IMG/VR virus record: IMGVR_UViG_3300045988_174371
Location: 256,001 to 320,000 of that record
Source of the DNA: a virus
DNA: 64,000 nucleotides
Reading direction: 5' to 3' (one strand)
Shown here: one piece after another, positions 27,401 through 33,405 of the stretch
Numbering within the stretch: position 1 is the stretch's first letter
How the letters are laid out: each line of letters opens with the position of its first letter
Position numbers and translations under genes: made by a program
Notes under the pieces: model-generated
What the model saw: only the letters and a program-made list of their open reading frames with translations
What the model was told of the DNA's origin: nothing
Databases searched by the model: none

Positions 27401-27756
27401 TCGCGTGCTACCTGCTGACCAGCACCCCAAATGCCAGTATCCTCAACCTTATGCAGGTCTTCGGTGGTCTTATTGCTGTCCACTGGGGCGTAAGGTGCAA
27501 GCACTTCGTGGGTGGGGTCAGCATTGTTGAAACAGAAACCGTTTACAGTGTTGCCGTTTTCATCCAGGGGCACGAGTCGGTACCCGGTGACGAGGCACGG
27601 CTTACCGTTACTGGTGCTAACGGTCTTGGTGGGGGCGGTTTCGCCGTGGTGGTTATCCCACGGGTTAGACCCAGTAGCCGTTGATGCTGATGCGAAGGTG
27701 CTAGGCATTAGGGAAGCGGTGGCAAGCGCCACAGCTAGGAACTTCTTATTTGACAT
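24430..27756 (-). CDS. Large wall-anchored surface protein of unknown fold with short C-terminal PE(F/Y)xGGxN repeats
   Basis: Signal peptide MSNKKFLAVALATASLMPSTFASA (ATG at 27756, GGAGAAAGG upstream). Repeats NPEFNGGVNG / DPEYTGGANA / DDFTGGVNG / GPEYEGSVNG. The C-terminus has VEAKTG, a hydrophobic segment and RRVRSKKK. Confidence 0.7.
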   Translation of the reverse strand: MSNKKFLAVALATASLMPSTFASASTATGSNPWDNHHGETAPTKTVSTSNGKPCLVTGYRLVPLDENGNTVNGFCFNNADPTHEVLAPYAPVDSNKTTEDLHKVEDTGIWGAGQQVARDTFAYQKLPDNTPVLDNSQNINSQHLVYSRTINKWLTAENVNRGGAGQELIPTLTVDSSNPNQEYVEVVSRDNRALTSEATRRLTMGSRPIPTWHLKHPNPSGDKSLATYDVATGLWTSMFHVMQDAPAQTYSTTATIKMSEDGTVPNVTAWGGAKDKTQRQKVNYDTAYFTSAPVEGKTQTIDAESARLQAVPGEKTTAKDGLTPVDTPRNHVSPYSAGDTITVQAYSRDMESGRDMRYPIGRGQTFRIVNPVEGVTIDAHTGAITATRAAVEKAGGTLNVQIEADWTPVIKYSSGGYIPAKPNFGGMGENNYWLNLISGTSSVVGMANENTQIGIDELRSGKINHALSVTFPNYQRGASFPAKMADGNIDTTKYPEAPHAGQRWRLPKDFDTDGYLRSIDKTDDAILRMQIEAAKEYGGIVTDRNLATIAFNFESGWSYAPAAREGKNIYTDETVENGWLKKMFDKHTGGNAAFPWQAVQWMPVNYAELPAGSKGQQNTLVNWSADAIPADTTVRTFLPDRVHENGYIGHTTHTGRDSRTYTVTDPFWVMNLHTDFHETPGYKSTTETDNGVVQGEELGMTITPTREGVSTPVHLVTENLRKSKDYLAYEKLEDKSQWTGTTVPITDETKQVIRQAGREDVPVVNAKTKKWYFQAYANDPNYAYRGISYTLGGVQEANPLAASDYPRLKTGTTQIVDVLANDSTNFGDNNGMTLTGVKLYNTNGEEVTQYDDGMATYRVVDVPGKNRKGIEITTKTKEGFAPTVSYAAVRSDGTVSSKGAVTLLIGSTTGKALALANTSSEKGEPATQPANPDQVVTEKGEPEVATENPEFNGGVNGSEPAIREDDPEYTGGANAVEADSNKKDDFTGGVNGTEPAVRENGPEYEGSVNGGSATAEPRGEATVPAGTPSEAPASKVVPTQNDGSSTGIVEKPEQPSEKPSKPVEAKTGHNGDSVLVSAFKGALVGGLIAAVVVLIRRVRSKKKDDGEQ

Positions 27757-27959
27757 ATAGCCTTTCTCCAATGTGGATGCGTGGTAGTTCTATTAACGCT
27801 AATGTATAACTTTAAGTATCCCTGCCAGATGCTTCACCTGACAGGAAGTGGCTACATAAAGCTGGGACTAGCGATGTAACCTAATATTTATAGCACGACT
27901 ATGCACGATTTGGGAAATCGGGCAGGTTGCATACGAATAACAAGCGTATAAACATACAC

Positions 27960-27988
27960 TTGTTGCCGCTTTGAATATGTGGTATGAT
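27960..27988 (+). promoter_or_regulatory. Candidate promoter of the nucleotidyltransferase gene
   Basis: TTGTTG, a 17-nt spacer, then TGGTATGAT (extended -10, hexamer at 27983..27988). Confidence 0.45.
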
Positions 27989-28036
27989 TGAGCTATTGAT
28001 AAGGAGTTGGCAACGCAATCATATAAGGAGTACGCC

Positions 28037-28636
28037 ATGCAAACCCCTGACTGGGAAGATATTGTTAATGCCGCAGAAAACGTCGGCATTAACCGCCTAT
28101 CTATCATCGCCTACGGCTACTACGGCTCCCGCGCTACTGGGCTTGCCACCCCTGAAAGCGACGAGGACATCTTCGTAGTCATTGACACTACTGTCCAGAA
28201 AGATGAGAAGATGAACATTAGCGACGCTTGCGACATTAAGTTCATCTCTGCCAAAGAATGGCCCACCAATGCAGACTTCCTCTTCGACATTATTGCCATC
28301 GGCAACATTATCTTCCCGAAGCAAATTCGCGATGCAGGGGCAAAGGAGGAACGTAACCCGTGGGCGGCATACATTCAGAACTACCGCACCCCCGTATATT
28401 CTGCAATGCAGGGTTCTATCTCAGCATCTCGCGCCGCTGATAAGCGACTGGAAAACATTAAGCGTCGCGAAACTTTCGACCCTATCAGCAAGCGCAAGCG
28501 CGCAAAGAACGCCCGCAAGGAGAAGGTTCGCAAGCGCAAGCTAGAGGAATACGCATACAGTATGTTCAGTAGCGACCGACCCGTGTATAAGCCGTACTTC
28601 AATGCGGCAGAACGTGAATACGTACTGAACGGCTAG
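28037..28636 (+). CDS. Small Pol-beta-superfamily nucleotidyltransferase with Lys/Arg-rich tail
   Basis: GS-x10-DxD signature YGSRATGLATPESDEDIFVV. AAGGAG lies 6 nt upstream of the ATG at 28037 (track start 28007). The C-terminus is KRRETFDPISKRKRAKNARKEKVRKRK. Confidence 0.65.
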   Translation: MQTPDWEDIVNAAENVGINRLSIIAYGYYGSRATGLATPESDEDIFVVIDTTVQKDEKMNISDACDIKFISAKEWPTNADFLFDIIAIGNIIFPKQIRDAGAKEERNPWAAYIQNYRTPVYSAMQGSISASRAADKRLENIKRRETFDPISKRKRAKNARKEKVRKRKLEEYAYSMFSSDRPVYKPYFNAAEREYVLNG

Positions 28637-28650
28637 GAGCCCAAGCTGTA

Positions 28651-28705
28651 AAGGGATGAAACCCTCTCGCATTACCAGGCGGCGAGAGGGTTTCATCCCT
28701 TTTTG
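28651..28705 (+). terminator. Rho-independent terminator
   Basis: 20-bp arms aagggatgaaaccctctcgc / gcgagagggtttcatccctt, followed by TTTG. Confidence 0.8.
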
Positions 28706-28843
28706 TGCGCCGCATTTGAAATAATGGGGCACCCTGTGGTAGAGTGAGTTACATCTTCACCCGATAACCTCTAAAGTGGGGGAATCGAATACGTGAAGCA
28801 GACACTTTCAGGCAACTTTCACCCCGTACTGATAGGGCGAAAG

Positions 28844-28873
28844 TTGCAAGGTCTCCGTTCTATGTGCTATGAT
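28844..28873 (+). promoter_or_regulatory. Candidate HU promoter
   Basis: TTGCAA, an 18-nt spacer, then TGCTATGAT (extended -10). It lies about 80 nt upstream of the HU start. Confidence 0.5.
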
Positions 28874-28953
28874 AAAGTCACTTGGAACTTCGAGGCTCCG
28901 CCTGGAATGCGTCTGAGCACCCCCATTGTTTACTTAGTAGAACGGATACGGAA

Positions 28954-29238
28954 ATGTCCACCATCTCCACCAAGGAAATTTACGCACAGGTCGCTGAGAA
29001 GGCTGGTAAGAGCCAGGCAACCGTAAAGGCTACCATCGACGCACTACTTGAGACCATCGCTGAGAACGTTTCTCAGGGCAACAAGGTTCAGCTCGTCGGC
29101 TGGCTGGCTGTAGAGCGCACTGAGCGTGCGGCGCGTCCTGGTCGCAACCCGCAGACTGGTGAGGCTATTCAGATTCCTGCTGGTTACGGTGTGAAGGTTG
29201 CCGCAGGCGCTAAGCTGAAGGATGCAGTCAAGAAGTAG
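28954..29238 (+). CDS. hup: HU-family nucleoid DNA-binding protein
   Basis: MSTISTKEIYAQVAEKAGKSQATVKATIDALLETIAENVSQGNKVQLVGWLAVERTERAARPGRNPQTGEAIQIPAGYGVKVAAGAKLKDAV is the HU/IHF fold signature, including the RNPQTGE arm. Start moved to the internal ATG at 28954. Confidence 0.9.
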   Translation: MSTISTKEIYAQVAEKAGKSQATVKATIDALLETIAENVSQGNKVQLVGWLAVERTERAARPGRNPQTGEAIQIPAGYGVKVAAGAKLKDAVKK

Positions 29239-29255
29239 TCTCCGACTACTTTTAT

Positions 29256-29306
29256 GGCGGTGATACACTCCAATCTATTTGGAGACGCATCACCGCCCTG
29301 CTTTTT
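29256..29306 (+). terminator. Rho-independent terminator of the HU gene
   Basis: Arms ggcggtgat / atcaccgcc with inner ctccaa/ttggag pairing, followed by CTGCTTTTT. Confidence 0.7.
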
Positions 29307-29329
29307 GTCTTAAAGGTGACACAACAAAG

Positions 29330-29376
29330 AATAATGAAAGCCCCTACCTGGATGATAGGTAGGGGCTTTCATTATT
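29330..29376 (-). terminator. Stem-loop terminator after 29387..30607
   Basis: Perfect 19-bp arms aataatgaaagcccctacc / ggtaggggctttcattatt. Confidence 0.7.
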
Positions 29377-29386
29377 GCTTCTCTTT

Positions 29387-30607
29387 CTACAGGTCACGAA
29401 CCATGCGCATTACGCTATGTGCGTCGCTCAGTAGCCCTGCAAGGCGTTCATGGGCGCTGGGTGGTACATTCTTGCCGGTGGCGGTGATGCACGCCTGAGA
29501 GATGCCATCAATCGCCGCCGCAAGGCTGACAGCTACAGGCTCCACAATCTCAGGGTCACATTTCACCACCTGTGACATAGGCGGGCTAGGCTTTTCAGCA
29601 GTAGAAGCATCGTCGCCTGCCTCACTCACGGGAGCGCTTACAGGGGGCGCGGTTTCAACGGGCGTAGCATCCTCCTCCGAAGCAGAATCGTCGTCAGTGT
29701 GCTCAACAGAATACTCGGGCAGTCGCCCAGCAATGTCTTCCGGTAGGCTCGCCCTAAACGTCTCATACGCATCAATAACCCACTGACACGTTTCCGTATA
29801 CTGCTCACGCTGAGTCTTATTGGACTGCTCGATAAGGAACGTAAGAAACGCAGTCAGCTCAACGCCATCCTCATGGACAGTCTCAGTATTACCGACACTA
29901 TAGGGAGGCAACGTGAGGCGACGCATTGAAGTAGCCGTCTCAGGCGAGTTCCGAAGCTCAGACGTGAGAGCACCCATAGCGACACCAAGGAGCCTATTCA
30001 CGCCCTTGATGCGCGCATAAACCTCACCGTCGCAATACTGTAGGTGAATGAACTTGAAGCTCTTAACGTGGCTCCCCGCATGAGCGACCATCGTGTGCGG
30101 GTTATCGAGAAGGAACGTTGCGTGGTGAACCTTGCCGGAAGCCTCAGACTCAGAGAATAGCGGCTCAGGCGCGGGAAAATGATTTGTGGCTTCTTTCAAC
30201 CCGTCAATGCGGGGCGGCATCTTCGGCAGGTGGGAAGCCACCTCTTCTTGAAGTTCCTGAAGCCAAGACACCATTTCCTGAACAGACTTCTTGTGCTTGA
30301 AGATGCGGATAACGTGCTCTACAGTAACGAAGGACTCCATGTGGTTGTGGAACTCCGTTCTCTGCTCTTCAGGAGGGATAGCATAGAAGCTCTTCCCCCA
30401 CTTGTAGGATGACCTTTTGACATAGTTGTAAGGAATGATGCGAGTGCCGAAAAGCTCACTCGGGAAAGACCTGTTTACATACAAGGTGTCGCCAGCGATA
30501 GCGAAGTAGATGGGGAGAGACTTGTATGGTGAGGGGCACTTCTCGTGAATTTCCAGGGTGTCATTACTTGTGTTGAAAGAGAAGATGTACGGGTTTTCGA
30601 AGGTCAA
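29387..30607 (-). CDS. Hypothetical protein, tandem paralogue A (406 aa)
   Basis: Aligns along its length with 30738..32048. N-terminus YIFSFNTSNDTLEIHEKCPSPYKSLPIYFAIAGDTLYVNRSFPSELFG, an acidic linker, and C-terminus GISQACITATGKNVPPSAHERLAGLLSDAH. No known motif. Confidence 0.6.
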   Translation of the reverse strand: MTFENPYIFSFNTSNDTLEIHEKCPSPYKSLPIYFAIAGDTLYVNRSFPSELFGTRIIPYNYVKRSSYKWGKSFYAIPPEEQRTEFHNHMESFVTVEHVIRIFKHKKSVQEMVSWLQELQEEVASHLPKMPPRIDGLKEATNHFPAPEPLFSESEASGKVHHATFLLDNPHTMVAHAGSHVKSFKFIHLQYCDGEVYARIKGVNRLLGVAMGALTSELRNSPETATSMRRLTLPPYSVGNTETVHEDGVELTAFLTFLIEQSNKTQREQYTETCQWVIDAYETFRASLPEDIAGRLPEYSVEHTDDDSASEEDATPVETAPPVSAPVSEAGDDASTAEKPSPPMSQVVKCDPEIVEPVAVSLAAAIDGISQACITATGKNVPPSAHERLAGLLSDAHSVMRMVRDL

Positions 30608-30662
30608 GGTGTTTCCTTTCGTTAGATGTCTTTAGGTGGGCAGTTCATGATTTGCGAGAGTG

Positions 30663-30724
30663 GTAAAGGCGAGCAGGAACCAAAATGAGTTTTAGTGCTC
30701 TTAGGGGTTCCTGCTCGCCTTTAC
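30663..30724 (-). terminator. Stem-loop terminator between the two paralogues
   Basis: Perfect 19-bp arms gtaaaggcgagcaggaacc / ggttcctgctcgcctttac. Confidence 0.65.
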
Positions 30725-30737
30725 GTCAGGGGCGGGC

Positions 30738-32048
30738 TTAGATGGAGTTTACGTCCTTCAATGCCAGGTGTGCATTGGTCAGCAGTTTAGTGAGCTTGCT
30801 GTGAACGTCAGCGGGAATTTCCTGTGCGGTAGCGGCAAAGCACGCGCTGGAAATGTGGTCGATGACCTCAAGAAGTTCCTGCCGCAAAGCCTCAACCGGC
30901 GACTGAGACTCAGTGTCGGCAGGAGCGTGCAACTTACGGGAAGCTTCAATGATGCGCTCAAAAGCCTCAGCAGTTTTCTGCTGAACCTTATCTACAGCGG
31001 GTAGGAGCTTGTCTGCGGGGGTCTCAGGGGCATCCTCGGCAGTAGCCTCATCTACCTTCTCCTCAGGGGCATCTTCCTTCACTACCGCTACGGGCTCAGG
31101 CTCTTCCACAGTATCCTCAGCCACAACCTCAGTGGTAGCTTCTTCGGAGGCATCTACGTCAGAGGGGAAGTCAGCCCTCAGGTCGGGGAGCTTGGCGGCA
31201 TCTTCATCAGAAAGACCCGCCTTCAGGGTTTCATACGCAGTAAGAAGCCATTCACGAGCGTGTTCATGTTCGCCGCGCAGACGGCGGACGCGGCTACGCT
31301 CAATGATGCGGTCAAGGGTCTCCAGCATGGAGCGAATATCCACGGAATTGAGGGTGTCGTAGCTGGTGGCGGTCTTTACTCGGATGCTCGACTTCGGGGC
31401 ATCAACAGCGTACTTATTGTACTGCGCCCAGAAGTTCTGGTGGGTAACCTTCCACACCTCGTTCATGTAGTGCAGGGTGACCTGTACACCACCATTTCCG
31501 TCATGCTGGAGGTGGACAAGCTTGCGTCCACGGCGGATGCTAGACAGGTCAGTGATAGGGGTCTTCGGGTCAGTCGGCATGAAGGTCATAACAACTCGCT
31601 TACCGTGACGCATCTCGCGCGCCTTCTCGGTGTCGCCCTTGGTTACGGTTACGGGCGGAGTGCCAGGGAGGTAAGGGACTACTTCAAGGAGGCAGTTATT
31701 CAGCCAGTCATGCATCTTTCGTGCCTCGGGGCGTTCCTTGAGTGCCATAATTGCGAAGCGGATAGGAACAAAGTCCTCTACGTAATTATGTTCGCCTACG
31801 CGCTGTTCTTCGGGGATTTCACACGAGATGGCGCGGGCATTATTGTCGGCAAGAATCTGGTAAATGCGGTCGAAGGGGAATACGTCGTCACCAAATGCTT
31901 CATTCGGGAGCGATGCGTTCACGTAGACGTTGCCGTTGTGGATGGCGAAATAGACGGGAGTCGATTCGTCAGGGCAGGGCACGAGGGGGTGGAGCGAGGT
32001 GTTATCGTTGCCGGTGTTGAACGAGAATACCGAAGGGGTCTGAGACAT
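30738..32048 (-). CDS. Hypothetical protein, tandem paralogue B (436 aa)
   Basis: N-terminus SVFSFNTGNDNTSLHPLVPCPDESTPVYFAIHNGNVYVNASLPNEAFG. C-terminus HISSACFAATAQEIPADVHSKLTKLLTNAH. AAGGAAA upstream of the ATG. Confidence 0.6.
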   Translation of the reverse strand: MSQTPSVFSFNTGNDNTSLHPLVPCPDESTPVYFAIHNGNVYVNASLPNEAFGDDVFPFDRIYQILADNNARAISCEIPEEQRVGEHNYVEDFVPIRFAIMALKERPEARKMHDWLNNCLLEVVPYLPGTPPVTVTKGDTEKAREMRHGKRVVMTFMPTDPKTPITDLSSIRRGRKLVHLQHDGNGGVQVTLHYMNEVWKVTHQNFWAQYNKYAVDAPKSSIRVKTATSYDTLNSVDIRSMLETLDRIIERSRVRRLRGEHEHAREWLLTAYETLKAGLSDEDAAKLPDLRADFPSDVDASEEATTEVVAEDTVEEPEPVAVVKEDAPEEKVDEATAEDAPETPADKLLPAVDKVQQKTAEAFERIIEASRKLHAPADTESQSPVEALRQELLEVIDHISSACFAATAQEIPADVHSKLTKLLTNAHLALKDVNSI

Positions 32049-32119
32049 TAGCTTATTTCCTTACTGTGGATAAAGGTTGTTAAGTAGTTTCACGAGGGAT
32101 AAATACCTGCGATGGTTTT

Positions 32120-32128
32120 ATTGTAGCA
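32120..32128 (-). promoter_or_regulatory. Candidate extended -10 element TGCTACAAT for paralogue B
   Basis: Minus strand reads TGTGCTACAATAAA, about 72 nt upstream of the ATG at 32048 and just downstream of the 32150..32193 terminator. Confidence 0.4.
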
Positions 32129-32149
32129 CATAATTATATGAGTATTGCA

Positions 32150-32193
32150 AACGGGGGTGTATATGTGATTAAGACCTCATATACACCCCCGTT
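32150..32193 (-). terminator. Stem-loop terminator after the Cys-rich gene
   Basis: Perfect 16-bp arms aacgggggtgtatatg / catatacacccccgtt, followed on the minus strand by TTTGC. Confidence 0.7.
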
Positions 32194-32199
32194 CCCGTG

Positions 32200-33267
32200 C
32201 TAGTTATTCGGTGGCTTAGGGAAATGCTCAATCTTCGCCCACGCCTGAGCCTCTATAACGTTCCAATACTTCCAGGTGAAAAGCAGGGCGTGTTCAGGTG
32301 AAGGGTATACCTGCGCCCTATTAGATGCCTGAGACTTCGGACGATTCTCCCACCGCTTCCTACATGCCGGGCAACCCCGCATGAAAAGGCTTAGCGGCGC
32401 AGGGCACACCCTACCATCAGTAGCTACATGCCCACACTTCACATGTACTTGCTCAATCAAATGCTGGTAATCTAGGTAATCAGCATAAGGAGTCGGTATC
32501 CCTCGTAACCACTTGCGAGTATGCCTCTTCTGGCAAGACTCACACCCCTTGGTGAATGAATCCGCGTCTGCTCCGCACTCTTCACATAGGATAGGCTTCC
32601 TGTGTTGCGGTCGGTAAGGGGTCGCATCCACTTCAATGGGCGCTACCCCGTCAGTGAGGAACACCTCAGAGTTGAGCGCGGAAATCCTCACCCACACCTG
32701 CTTCATGGCAAGAGGAGTGACAACTTTCCCTGTATCCAGTACATACTGGTGGCTCTTAAAGCACGCATTGCATCCTGGCGAGAAAAGAGCTTCGGGCGCG
32801 CAACAGACATTGCAGACATTAGTCGTAGCGCCACCCCCGTCCGCATAGTCCAGCATCTCCCTGAAGACGTGGCGGCTCGTACTAAACTTATTGCTATTCA
32901 CGATACGCTCATAACATGCTAGACAGCTGGGCGTAGGAATAGACTCATCTGCTGTAGGGCACTCCATGCAGGGGGCATCCTCGCGCTGTTCACGGAAGGA
33001 AACCCATAGGGAGAAGTCGTACCCCTGCATATACCACCAGTAGTGGCGGTATTGGCACGCTTTACAACTCATGTTTAAGTCAAGGTGGTATGTGCCGCAA
33101 GGACAGTTGGAACCCATTGCGTCTCTGTATGCCATTGTTGCAGGGTAATCACTAGAGAGGCCCTTGAAATGAAGCCGTCGGTGTCGCTTAAAGCACTTCT
33201 GGCAGTCTGGGTCGATGGTTGGTGAATCCATAGACCAGCCGCACTCAGTGCAATATCGCTTTCCCAT
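32200..33267 (-). CDS. Cysteine-rich protein with six tandem CxxC..CxxC zinc-ribbon-like modules
   Basis: Six units: CTEC-x12-CQKCFKRH, CPC-x10-CKACQYRH, CMEC-x11-CLACYER, CNVC-x10-CNACFKSH, CEEC-x10-CESCQKRH, C-x9-C-x10-CPACRKRW. Start moved to the ATG at 33267, because the track extension to 33366 runs through the palindrome at 33321..33356. Confidence 0.6.
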   Translation of the reverse strand: MGKRYCTECGWSMDSPTIDPDCQKCFKRHRRLHFKGLSSDYPATMAYRDAMGSNCPCGTYHLDLNMSCKACQYRHYWWYMQGYDFSLWVSFREQREDAPCMECPTADESIPTPSCLACYERIVNSNKFSTSRHVFREMLDYADGGGATTNVCNVCCAPEALFSPGCNACFKSHQYVLDTGKVVTPLAMKQVWVRISALNSEVFLTDGVAPIEVDATPYRPQHRKPILCEECGADADSFTKGCESCQKRHTRKWLRGIPTPYADYLDYQHLIEQVHVKCGHVATDGRVCPAPLSLFMRGCPACRKRWENRPKSQASNRAQVYPSPEHALLFTWKYWNVIEAQAWAKIEHFPKPPNN

Positions 33268-33320
33268 AAAGTGTGCGTTCCCCCTTTCTGAAACTGATAT
33301 TGAAACCTTTAGGGATAGCT

Positions 33321-33356
33321 GGAGGGGGTTACCAGTCATGACTGGTAACCCCCTCC
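33321..33356. terminator. Perfect 36-bp palindrome downstream of secA
   Basis: ggagggggttaccagtcatgactggtaaccccctcc is its own reverse complement. It lies 50 nt after the secA stop. No U-tract. Confidence 0.5.
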
Positions 33357-33405
33357 ACACTAGCACTTCAAGTATACCACCAAAATAGGTGGCGTATGAG
33401 CAATC

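Noticed and set aside
27300-27560. Possible thioester (TED) domain in the 24430..27756 surface protein, suggested by FCFN and SQHLVY strings.
   Set aside because: The Cys and Gln motifs are only about 70 residues apart, whereas known thioester domains have about 130-150. The Gln motif also lacks the conserved Trp. The evidence is insufficient.
28793-29026. 77-aa plus-strand ORF upstream of and overlapping the HU gene.
   Set aside because: It is out of frame with HU and spans the candidate HU promoter and leader. It has no SD, and its basic low-complexity product looks non-genic.
33268-33366. N-terminal extensions of track ORFs: 33268..33366, 43066..43164, 42115..42315, 50862..50996, 24085..24177 and 5463..5495.
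   Set aside because: The extensions run through terminator hairpins or lack SD sequences. Internal ATG/TTG/GTG codons have AGGAG-type SDs at 5-10 nt and yield proper signal peptides or conserved N-termini.
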